A stretch of 64,000 bases of DNA. It comes from Eubacteriales bacterium (GTDB taxonomy: Bacteria > Bacillota > Clostridia > Oscillospirales > CAG-272). The position numbers were made by a program, and so were the translations under genes. This document shows positions 52,301 through 58,580 of this stretch, one piece after another. The notes under the pieces are model-generated. The model had not been told where the DNA came from, made no database searches, and saw only the letters and a program-made list of their open reading frames with translations. Each line of letters opens with the position of its first letter. Position 1 is the stretch's first letter. The stretch covers positions 2,144 through 66,143 of the forward strand of contig JAZNJA010000090.1 in NCBI GenBank assembly GCA_045577755.1. The letters run 5' to 3'.

Positions 52301-55203
52301 GACTTGCGGATATCCCGATCCACGGTCTCGTACACCACCTCGCCCGTGGCGTCGTCGGTGACGGTGATGACCGCCTCCTTGACGTTACGGAGCAGGCCTG
52401 CCCAAACGTACTGGACGGCGTTGACCGCGCCCTCCTGGTTGGAGATGGAGATGTACTTGCGGTCGGCGGCGATCTTCTTGTCGGCGGGGTTCTGGACGAA
52501 GTAGTAAGCGCCCATGAAGCTGACGTAGTCCCCTTCCACGCGGCCCACGGGGCGGGTGGCGTAGGCATCGGGCAGGGTCTTGTCCAGAAGGTCGATGGAA
52601 TCGTCCAGCTCATCCTTGTTGGTCTGGAAGAAGTCCAGGTCCATGATGGGGGCCTCGGTCCAGTCGCCGTAGAAGGCGAGGTAGGGAGCGCCCAGACTGA
52701 CGGTGCCCTCGGCGGCGGTGAGGGTCACGAAGCCCTCCACGTACATACCGTTCTCGAAGGACTCGTCCATGTACTTCTTGTCCTCATCGCTGAGGGTGAT
52801 GGTGACGGTGAGCTCGGCTACCTTGCCGCCATCCACAGTGACGGTGCTGCCCGACAGGGAGCCGCCCTTGCAGTCGGAGACGACTACCGAGGCACCGCTC
52901 AGGATGTAGCCCTGCTCGGTGACGGTGGTCTCGCCCTGGTTGGTCTTGGTATCGCTGACGCCCTCGGTCATGACGATAGCCGAGACGTCGTAGGTCAGAG
53001 CGGAGGAACCGAAGTTGTTGATGGCGAACTTCAGGGTGTACACGCCGGTGCGGTTGGGATCGTCCCCCAGCTCGATCTTGGACTTATCCATGATCTCGCC
53101 GGTCTTGCGGTCGTAGGTCCGGATGAAGGCCTTGGTGGAGGCGGCGCTGACCAGGTTGGCCAGGCCTGCGCCCTGCTTACGGGGGGAGTAGGGCAGGCCG
53201 TTGGTGTTGTAGACCACGTCGGCGGTGGACATGAGGAGCTGATTAACAAAGGCGGTGACCGCCACGGGGTCGTCGGCCTTGTCGGGGAAGTTCTGCTTGA
53301 CGTACTGGCGGAGCAGCGCGGTCACGCCCGACATATTGGGGGTCGCCATGGAGGTACCCGAGATGCGGTCGTAGGACTGACCGGGGACAGCCGACAGGAT
53401 GGAGCCGCCATGGGCGGTGATCTCGGGCTTCAGCTGGAGATCGGGGGTGGGGCCCCAGGAGGAGAAGTCGGACATGAAGGGACCCGAGGTCTGGGAGCGC
53501 TTCACCGACAGAACACCCTTGCCGGCGGCGGCCAGCATCTCACCGTCGTCCTGGCGGATGGAGGCCACGGCGATGGTGGTGTCGCCCACGTTCATCTTGA
53601 TATCACCCGATACGTTGTTGTAGATGATGATACCCGCCGCGCCCTTCTGCTGGGCCACGTTGGCCTTCTCCTCGAAGGTGGTGGAGCCACGGGCCACCAG
53701 GGCGATCTTGCCCTTGACGTCAATACCCGTGTAGTCGGCGGAGCGGCCCGCGCCGGGGATGGTGATGAATTCGATCTCCAGCTCGTCCACACCGTCGGGG
53801 AGCAGATCGTCGTAGAAATTCTTCTCCTCGGACACACGGTCGGAGGACTCCAGGAAATAGATGATGGTCTCGCCGTAGAGCAGGTAAGGAGTCTTGGTAC
53901 CGCTGATGGACGCCACGGACAGGGCGCCCTTGTAGGTAGAGGGAGAGCCGACGGTAGCCGAGTCGGGGTTGGAGGTCAGGCCCAGGTTACCGTTCTTCTC
54001 GGAAGAATATGTAGAGTTATAGCTGTTGGAGGCGGCGGCCACGATGGAGATACCCGCGGCGCGGATGCGGTCGTACACGCCCGAGATGGCTTCCTTGTCC
54101 ATCTCGCGGGAGAAGCCGCAATCGGTACCCAGGGACATATTGATGACGTCCACGCCGATGACCACGCAGTCGTCCAGAGCCGCCAGGATCCAGGCAGAGC
54201 GGGCGGAGGTCTCCACGTCCGAGAAGGTCTTCATGATGCAGAGCTGGGCGTTGGGGGCCACACCCGTGATGGTGTCGTCCTTGCCCGCGATGATGCCCGC
54301 CACGTGGGTACCGTGGTCCGAGGCGATGGGGTAGACGTCGGAGTCCCCGTCGGCGTAGTCGAAGCTGAAGGGCACCTTCTCGTTGATGTACACGTCGGAG
54401 GCGGTCAGGTTCGACTGCATCCCCGAGGCGCGGGTGTCGCTAATGAGGGCGGCGACCTCGTCGAAGGTCAGGCCCAGCTTGCTGCGGTCGGCGGTGAAGT
54501 TATCCAGGGAGAAGGCGGAGTGGTAGTAGTCCAGACCCGTGTCCAGGACCGCCACCACGGTGCCGGTGCCGTCGTACGCAAAGCCCGAGCTGTTGAAGAT
54601 ACCCGTGGGGTAGACGTTGACGGTGTTCTCCACCAGCTGAGTTCCCTCGGACTTGGTCTCCTCGGGCTTGTAGACCTCACCGATGATGGTGGTGCCTCGG
54701 TCGCCCACGGTCTTGACGAAGGACTCAAAATCCCCCGCCTTGATGAGGATCTCAAAGCCGCTCATGACGTTGGTGTAGCTCTTACCCGTCGCGTACTTGA
54801 GCTCAGCCTTGTTGAAGTCGGAGAGCAGAGCGTCCTTCTCGGCGGCGATGCGGCCGCGGATGGCGGCGGCCTCGTCGGAGAGGGCGTACTCAGTGAAGCT
54901 CATACCCGAGGAGGCCCCGGGGTACTGCTCCAGAAGGGACTTCTCCTTGACCTCAATGATGACCGAGATCTCGTCGGTCTCCTTGATGGTCTCGGGAAGC
55001 TTGTAGATCACCGAGCTGTCGTAGTAGTTCTCCTTGTTGGTGATGAGATCCTTGTCAAGGAGATGGATCCCGCCCCCGCCCGGAGAGCTGTCGGGGATCA
55101 GCCAACCGATGACGGCGGCGGCCGCGGACAGGATCATCACGGCGGCCAGTACCACCGTCAGGACGCGGATCGTAGTCTTTTGCTTTGCGGAATTTGCGAA
55201 CAT
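46378..55203 (-). CDS. giant multidomain cell-surface protein (2941 aa): signal anchor, S8 subtilisin-like protease with PA insert, Ig-like (Big_2) domains, about 30 BspA-type leucine-rich repeats, two internal TM helices, and a C-terminal Listeria-Bacteroides-repeat/GLUG region
   Basis: Start trimmed to MFANSAKQKTTIRVLTVVLAAVMILSAAAAVIGWL (ATG 55203). Catalytic triad contexts VVAVLDTGLD, SDHGTHVAG, SGTSMATPNMSG. PA domain GKIALVARGSTTFEEKANVAQQKGAAGIIIYNN. LRRs of the form IGxxAFxxCxxLxxVxL. TM helices at about 48020-48115 and 47665-47760. GLUG-like GGLFGVLG / GLLAGTV. Confidence 0.85.
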   Translation of the reverse strand: MFANSAKQKTTIRVLTVVLAAVMILSAAAAVIGWLIPDSSPGGGGIHLLDKDLITNKENYYDSSVIYKLPETIKETDEISVIIEVKEKSLLEQYPGASSGMSFTEYALSDEAAAIRGRIAAEKDALLSDFNKAELKYATGKSYTNVMSGFEILIKAGDFESFVKTVGDRGTTIIGEVYKPEETKSEGTQLVENTVNVYPTGIFNSSGFAYDGTGTVVAVLDTGLDYYHSAFSLDNFTADRSKLGLTFDEVAALISDTRASGMQSNLTASDVYINEKVPFSFDYADGDSDVYPIASDHGTHVAGIIAGKDDTITGVAPNAQLCIMKTFSDVETSARSAWILAALDDCVVIGVDVINMSLGTDCGFSREMDKEAISGVYDRIRAAGISIVAAASNSYNSTYSSEKNGNLGLTSNPDSATVGSPSTYKGALSVASISGTKTPYLLYGETIIYFLESSDRVSEEKNFYDDLLPDGVDELEIEFITIPGAGRSADYTGIDVKGKIALVARGSTTFEEKANVAQQKGAAGIIIYNNVSGDIKMNVGDTTIAVASIRQDDGEMLAAAGKGVLSVKRSQTSGPFMSDFSSWGPTPDLQLKPEITAHGGSILSAVPGQSYDRISGTSMATPNMSGVTALLRQYVKQNFPDKADDPVAVTAFVNQLLMSTADVVYNTNGLPYSPRKQGAGLANLVSAASTKAFIRTYDRKTGEIMDKSKIELGDDPNRTGVYTLKFAINNFGSSALTYDVSAIVMTEGVSDTKTNQGETTVTEQGYILSGASVVVSDCKGGSLSGSTVTVDGGKVAELTVTITLSDEDKKYMDESFENGMYVEGFVTLTAAEGTVSLGAPYLAFYGDWTEAPIMDLDFFQTNKDELDDSIDLLDKTLPDAYATRPVGRVEGDYVSFMGAYYFVQNPADKKIAADRKYISISNQEGAVNAVQYVWAGLLRNVKEAVITVTDDATGEVVYETVDRDIRKSYSNGATIFPANIDVKFSAIDRALKNNSSYTVTVKTYMDYDRDGAETNDNLVVNDNDTFTFPVVTDFQAPAVTDCEFYTEYDKSAKKTRLFAKMSVYDNHYAMCMQLGYVALEQDGYMVKAFDKYMTPVYSEENSTTTVIYELTDYVDEIRMNSANGNCITVVTYDYALNQAAYEIPLPDDYTDFYFTESELTLSPNEVYDLKPLVYPATEWPELLEYYSANMDVATVVGDKLVAIAPGVSRIVARDPVTKKTASFTLTVRGEGDEGYVRYDKPVAENFTLTGYRVDKAYYFLSSEERDLGVTGDEMKFVGENYSLSMFPSESVTLRYRLDAYFPEDTKVVFESSNENIVTVDENGAITAVAEGFASIAVKVFMDDQATYFSKSISISVKDPYVTTGPSLTHYFGLGGVVNIPASLSITEIGQYAFSNFDYIPKGPEDEISEDLPETTKIWFIGDDTIEEVIIPEGVKTIGPFAFANLTALKRVVLPSTLERIDQGAFYGCTALKTVEGLGSVKFINQNAFADCALEGSIKLDSVVALADYAFFGNAPLKGVTLSASTQSVGAYAFAGCESLTSVSIPAEKIKLGRYAFSGCKALPTISVNASVVPAGAFDGCAALTSVTLGKDVAVIGEYAFRGTALNAFTVAESNTAFTVQAGKPYLLNKEGNTLILVAPGVKGSFELSDSKVTAIGTGAFSGNKQLTTVTMPQVTVVGAYAFADCSRLETIKLGKLTTIADHSFYRTAIKATPDLSGVAVIGDYAFARSSVESVVIPDGVTVGASAFRECKALKSVKIGNNAGIGDSAFRLDIDSNYEATFYEENDIRFYHYVLTSPLLELTIGENVQIGNSAFYGASKLETVTLGKNAVIGDFAFYNAAELESIDLSAALSVGESAFSGDMLYLFSNSGLTIPVIDGEGMYVYLYYAADLRSVDLSAAASMGESAFAYCKELTSVKLGSSITAIPAQAFFYCEALSDINLRGVESIGTNAFNSTALTAVDLSAAADIGTYAFVYNEGLTAVILNPNGSTLGEGAFSYCNALASAENLNKVTSVGDYAFAYTAITSADLESASYLGTHAFLKEEMTDFTVTLGSALADLGDNPFANCRLEAFKSTETETFNGSEYGTETLTFAISDTVRVIDGHLYRVVPTGLELIAYAGDASVVTVADGTVRIADMAFAGAPVRQVVTPYTLKSVGHKAFYGCEKLSMLSFASYVAPALEEAYDAELFNSKDHIPATGQYSFTNTDGEEIYHDGLGIVPYFMWNAADTPSNVYYGANFVDYVGLYDGDLVIVRPVNGRQYDSFIWGRYFATVVDGAAAADEVTLAAIAAINALPDKVSLADKPLVIAAREAYDRISTIEQRALVTNYSKLEQAEKRIKDLEYLENGDGTETDTEPVENGGFFEGIPASAIALGVLSILFLTAAIVFACLYLSKRKALAAAGANGAVAAPAPGADAAPTEETAAEAPAETPAKSSEEAPAEAPAEAPAVAPVKAKKPKKARKSRPKTNLKSFGKTRAPIHFSLPPAVTLAIVIVLAVAALVFGVLAIVGGMSLWDTPYTGMDEEGYTVSVRFDAGGGSFAGSPNEVYIVDVFNPADYKTDAEGKAQIALIAPDDPIRKDSAFPVSNTGHFLAGWYTERTLRVDENGQPLDEYGQPTAVSGRPQGYTYSGKWDFKTDRLAVDPNGTKGSAENEITLYAAWVPYFNFEFYAAEADGSFSLIETKQLVTIDLPVWNQRTGKLDMKDFPSVEGMTFESAFLDEAMTIPAEGKVSGAVDYATGTVESDGTIRLYTTWMEGTWFRISTPKQFYDNARLGGSYLIEADLDFSNFLWPTVMSTGEFTGSIVGNGHTISNVTVLQGDNSKINGGLFGVLGASSSVTDLRLENITFRVVAGSRMQGTNYGLLAGTVQEGATLQNVTVTGTIEIGKDCYRPNDYNIGLLCGSGKVEGIDMSGITVTVEDPDNNTARVEVNPETGEVTLTFAE

Positions 55204-55271
55204 GTTCCTTACCTTTCTGACGCTTTTCGGCGTATTTTCGACACAAATAAAAAAGTCCATGCGTAAACAGT

Positions 55272-55300
55272 ATTTTATCACATCGAGATGGATAATTCAA
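55272..55300 (-). promoter_or_regulatory. candidate sigma-A promoter of the giant protease/opp unit
   Basis: Minus strand: TTGAAT, 17 nt, TAAAAT, in an AT-rich divergent intergenic region. Confidence 0.45.
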
Positions 55301-55453
55301 GAGCAAATTGTAAACATATATCATTAATAATAAAAAATCCGGAAACCCCCTTGATTTTTTCCGAAGTTTGTGGTATGCTATACGATGTTGTTCTATGCTC
55401 CTTTGTAGCCCATCACATACATAGCGAACAAAATCCCTGATAGGAGAAAAAAC

Positions 55454-58288
55454 ATGAAGAATCTGCGCAAGTCCCTCGCCCTCATCCTGGCGTTGCTCAT
55501 GCTGCTGGCGTCCTTTGCCGCCTGCAATCCGAACAACGGACCCGATGAGACCACCGGCGAGACCACCCAGCCCAACACCCCCTCCGAGACCAAGCCCGGC
55601 AGCTCCGAGGCCAAGGCCGAGTACTCCATCACGGTCAAATCTGCGGGCGGTCTGGCTCTTTCGGGCGTCAACGTCTATATCTACACCGACGACACCCTGG
55701 AGGATCTGGTCAACTACACCACCACCGATGCCGCGGGTGTGGCCAAGATCACCCTGAAGAAGAGCGACAAGTACGTGGCGGTCCTCTCGGGCATGCCCGA
55801 GGGCTACAAGACCGAGGCCTGCTATCCCCTGTCCGGCACGGCTACCGAGATCGCCCTCACCTCCGCCGTCATCGACAACACCGACCACAGCGGTAAGTCC
55901 TACCAGCTGGGCGACGTCATGCGGGACTTCTCGGTGGTGGACACCGACGGCAACACCCAGAAGCTCTCCGAGCTCCTGAAGACCAAGAAGATGGTGCTGA
56001 TCAACTTCTGGTATACCACCTGCTCCTGGTGCGTCAAGGAGTTCCCCTATATGGACGCCGTGTATCAGCAGTTCAAGGACGACATTGAGATCGTAGCCCT
56101 GAACCACTCCACCCTCAGCGGCGACTCTGAGGAGGGCATCAAGAAATTCAAGGATAACTTCTACACCGACTACGTGGGCGAGGGCGCCGAGGGCGGCCTG
56201 TCCTTCCCCATGGCCAAGGATTACACCAACATGGGCCCCGCCTTCAACATCCAGGGCTACCCCACCTCGGTGCTGGTGGACCGCTACGGCGTCATCTGCA
56301 TGATCGAGGCGGGCGGCATCGTCAGCGACGCTCCCTTCGTGGCCATGTTCGAGCATTTCACCGCCGAAAGCTACGAGCAGAAGCTCTTCCACAGCCTGGA
56401 CGAGCTCATGCCCGCCGAGAAGCCCAACGTCTCCATGCCCTCCTCCGACGAGATCGCGGGGGTCTTCAACCAGGGTGAGATCACCGTCACCTACCGCCCC
56501 GAGACCGAGGACGAGAACGCCGAGATGTACTGGCCCTTCATCATCAAGGAGAAGGACGGCGAAAAGGTCATCGTCCCCGCCAACTCCGGCAAGGACGGCA
56601 GCTTCTCCATCATGTACGCCGACGTCACCATGAAGGCGGGCGAGGCCCTGGCCTTCGACTACTGGGCATCCAGCGAGCAGGGCGCCGATATCCTCTATAT
56701 GCTGGTGGACGCCAAGGATATCTACCAGATCTCGGGCGAGTCTGACAAGTGGAACACCTGCTTCACCTACGTCGCCCAGAAGGACGGCACCTACGAGGTG
56801 GCCTTCTGCTACTCCAAGGACTCCTCCGACACCGTGGGAGACGATACCGTCTACCTGAAAAACCTCCGCGTGGTCAAGGAAAGTGAGATCAACGTCCCCA
56901 CCTACATTCCCCGCTACGCCGCCACCGACCGCGCCGCCGACGGCTTCGGCTACGAGACCTATATCACCCCCGTCTACAACGAGGAGGACGGCTACTATCA
57001 CGTGGGCGACAAGAACGGTCCCCTCCTGCTGGTGGATCTCATGAAGGCCACCCAGTTCAGTAACCTCCCCATCTACACCCACGCCTACAACGGTCAGATC
57101 GAGATCGACGGCGTCAACTACTACGACGCCATCGTCCAGTACTGCAACTACGCCTCCAACTCCGCCATCTACGGCCTCTGCTCGGTCAACGCCGAGCTGA
57201 AGGGTCTTCTGGAGAAGGTAGCCCAGGCCATCGGTCTGGAAAGCGACAATCCCAATCAGTGGCTCCAGATGTGCTCCTACTACGACGCCTACGGCACGGG
57301 AGGCGTCCACCTGGACGACCCCATCCGCGGTCTGGCGGCCTACTCCGCCTACACCGCCACCGAGGGCGACGACAACCACGTCTACTACGACCGCGTCATC
57401 ATGCCCCGAGGCCTGCTCTATAAGTTCGTTCCCGAGCGCTCGGGCGCCTACCGCATCACCTCCCACAGCGACTGGCAGGTGGACGGCTGGATCTTCAACG
57501 CCGACCGCACCGAGTACTACGTCCACGAGGGCGGCGAGCGTATGTACTACGATCCCGTCAACCTCTCCATGGTGGTCTACTTCGAGGCCGGTAAGGATTA
57601 CTACATCGACATCGCCTTCTACGACGTCTACCAGGTGGGCGGCTTCACCTTCAGCGTGGAGTTCCTGGGCGCTTCCTACGACCACTTCACGGTCTGCGCC
57701 CCCGGCTACTTCACCTTCCCCGACGGTGAGATCGTGGACGACGGTATGAGCGACCTGGCCGAGATCCTCTCGGGCGGTATCAAGATCGCCATGGGCGACG
57801 ACGGCTACTACCACGAGCTCCGCGCGGACGGCTCCCTGGGCTCGGTCATCTACGCTGACTTCATCGGCCTGACCGCCGTGTTCTCCCACTCCGTGGAGGA
57901 AATGATCGGACGCGGTGCCTTCAACTTCGCCGTCACCGAGTCGGACCAGGAGATCCTCAACTACATGGCTCTCTACGGCGACGGTACCCGCGAGAAGCTC
58001 AAGGAGATCTGGGGCGAGGAGTTCGAGGAGCTGGCTGAGATCTACAAGCTGGACGAGGTGCTGGAGGGCAAGACCCACGGCCGCGGCCAGGATCTCACCG
58101 CCGACATCACCGCCTACCTGGACAAGAAGATCCCCGCCTCCGAGGATCACCCCGAGCTGGAGGGCTGCGTCCCCGTGGATGCCCGCCTGGCCGAGCTGCT
58201 CCAGACCCTCATGGACAAGTACACCTTCGCCGGTGTGGACTACTCCTGGGCTAAGCTCTGCTACTATTATCAGCACCTGGGTGCTTGA
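55454..58288 (+). CDS. lipoprotein with a prealbumin-like fold domain, a TlpA/redoxin-type thioredoxin domain (CSWC) and a large C-terminal region including a pre-peptidase-C-terminal-like module (944 aa)
   Basis: Lipobox LLASFAAC. Redoxin block DFSVVDTDGNTQKLSELLKTKKMVLINFWYTTCSWCVKEFPYM. AGGAG RBS. Confidence 0.85.
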   Translation: MKNLRKSLALILALLMLLASFAACNPNNGPDETTGETTQPNTPSETKPGSSEAKAEYSITVKSAGGLALSGVNVYIYTDDTLEDLVNYTTTDAAGVAKITLKKSDKYVAVLSGMPEGYKTEACYPLSGTATEIALTSAVIDNTDHSGKSYQLGDVMRDFSVVDTDGNTQKLSELLKTKKMVLINFWYTTCSWCVKEFPYMDAVYQQFKDDIEIVALNHSTLSGDSEEGIKKFKDNFYTDYVGEGAEGGLSFPMAKDYTNMGPAFNIQGYPTSVLVDRYGVICMIEAGGIVSDAPFVAMFEHFTAESYEQKLFHSLDELMPAEKPNVSMPSSDEIAGVFNQGEITVTYRPETEDENAEMYWPFIIKEKDGEKVIVPANSGKDGSFSIMYADVTMKAGEALAFDYWASSEQGADILYMLVDAKDIYQISGESDKWNTCFTYVAQKDGTYEVAFCYSKDSSDTVGDDTVYLKNLRVVKESEINVPTYIPRYAATDRAADGFGYETYITPVYNEEDGYYHVGDKNGPLLLVDLMKATQFSNLPIYTHAYNGQIEIDGVNYYDAIVQYCNYASNSAIYGLCSVNAELKGLLEKVAQAIGLESDNPNQWLQMCSYYDAYGTGGVHLDDPIRGLAAYSAYTATEGDDNHVYYDRVIMPRGLLYKFVPERSGAYRITSHSDWQVDGWIFNADRTEYYVHEGGERMYYDPVNLSMVVYFEAGKDYYIDIAFYDVYQVGGFTFSVEFLGASYDHFTVCAPGYFTFPDGEIVDDGMSDLAEILSGGIKIAMGDDGYYHELRADGSLGSVIYADFIGLTAVFSHSVEEMIGRGAFNFAVTESDQEILNYMALYGDGTREKLKEIWGEEFEELAEIYKLDEVLEGKTHGRGQDLTADITAYLDKKIPASEDHPELEGCVPVDARLAELLQTLMDKYTFAGVDYSWAKLCYYYQHLGA

Positions 58289-58334
58289 TTTTTAAATCTC
58301 TCGTTTAGAATCAAACGATCTGTTAATAAAATTC

Positions 58335-58373
58335 AGGACCCCTACGGACGCTGTGCCCGTAGGGGTCCTTTCG
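58335..58373 (+). terminator. rho-independent terminator
   Basis: AGGACCCCTACGG, 9-nt loop, CCGTAGGGGTCCT, then TTCGATT (weak U tract). Confidence 0.6.
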
Positions 58374-58495
58374 ATTCCCGGCCCCGTTTCTCGCGGGCCC
58401 CGCCCGAAAGGGCCGGGATCCTCCCCCGCGGCCACGGTTCAGAGGCGAGATCTCCGTTCCTCCGCGCGCCAAATAAAAAACGCACGCGCAAGGTA

Positions 58496-58524
58496 TTGAC
58501 GGAATCCTTTTTTTATGATACAAT
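58496..58524 (+). promoter_or_regulatory. candidate sigma-A promoter of the mannosidase gene
   Basis: TTGACG, 17 nt, TACAAT. Confidence 0.55.
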
Positions 58525-58580
58525 AGAAGCAGATCGGGGGCTCAGTCCCCCGTGATGCCCCCCTGAAAGGAGCCGGTATC

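Noticed and set aside
47437-55266. Two very long plus-strand ORFs (791 aa and 1811 aa).
   Set aside because: They are antisense to the giant S8/LRR gene, whose catalytic triad and repeat motifs establish the minus strand as coding. Their composition is a GC-bias artefact.
55204-55281. Longer N-terminal extensions offered by the ORF track. Examples: MIKYCLRMDFF... for the giant gene, GTG 5205 for the YerC-like gene, 14221 for the GDPD gene, 33621 for synthetase 1, and 30202/30423 for the oxidoreductase alpha/delta genes.
   Set aside because: In each case an internal ATG is preceded by a good AGGAGG-type RBS at 6-10 nt and yields a canonical N-terminus or signal peptide. The upstream extensions lack an RBS and overlap neighbouring genes or promoters.
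55055-58276. 1073-aa minus-strand ORF.
   Set aside because: It is antisense to the lipoprotein/redoxin gene, which has a clear lipobox, CXXC motif and RBS. Composition is shadow-like.
58376-58495. GC-rich inverted repeats (TCCCGGCCC...GGGCCGGGA) between the redoxin lipoprotein terminator and the mannosidase promoter.
   Set aside because: This is a single occurrence in the window with no similarity to the other repeat families. It cannot be told apart from incidental GC-rich secondary structure.
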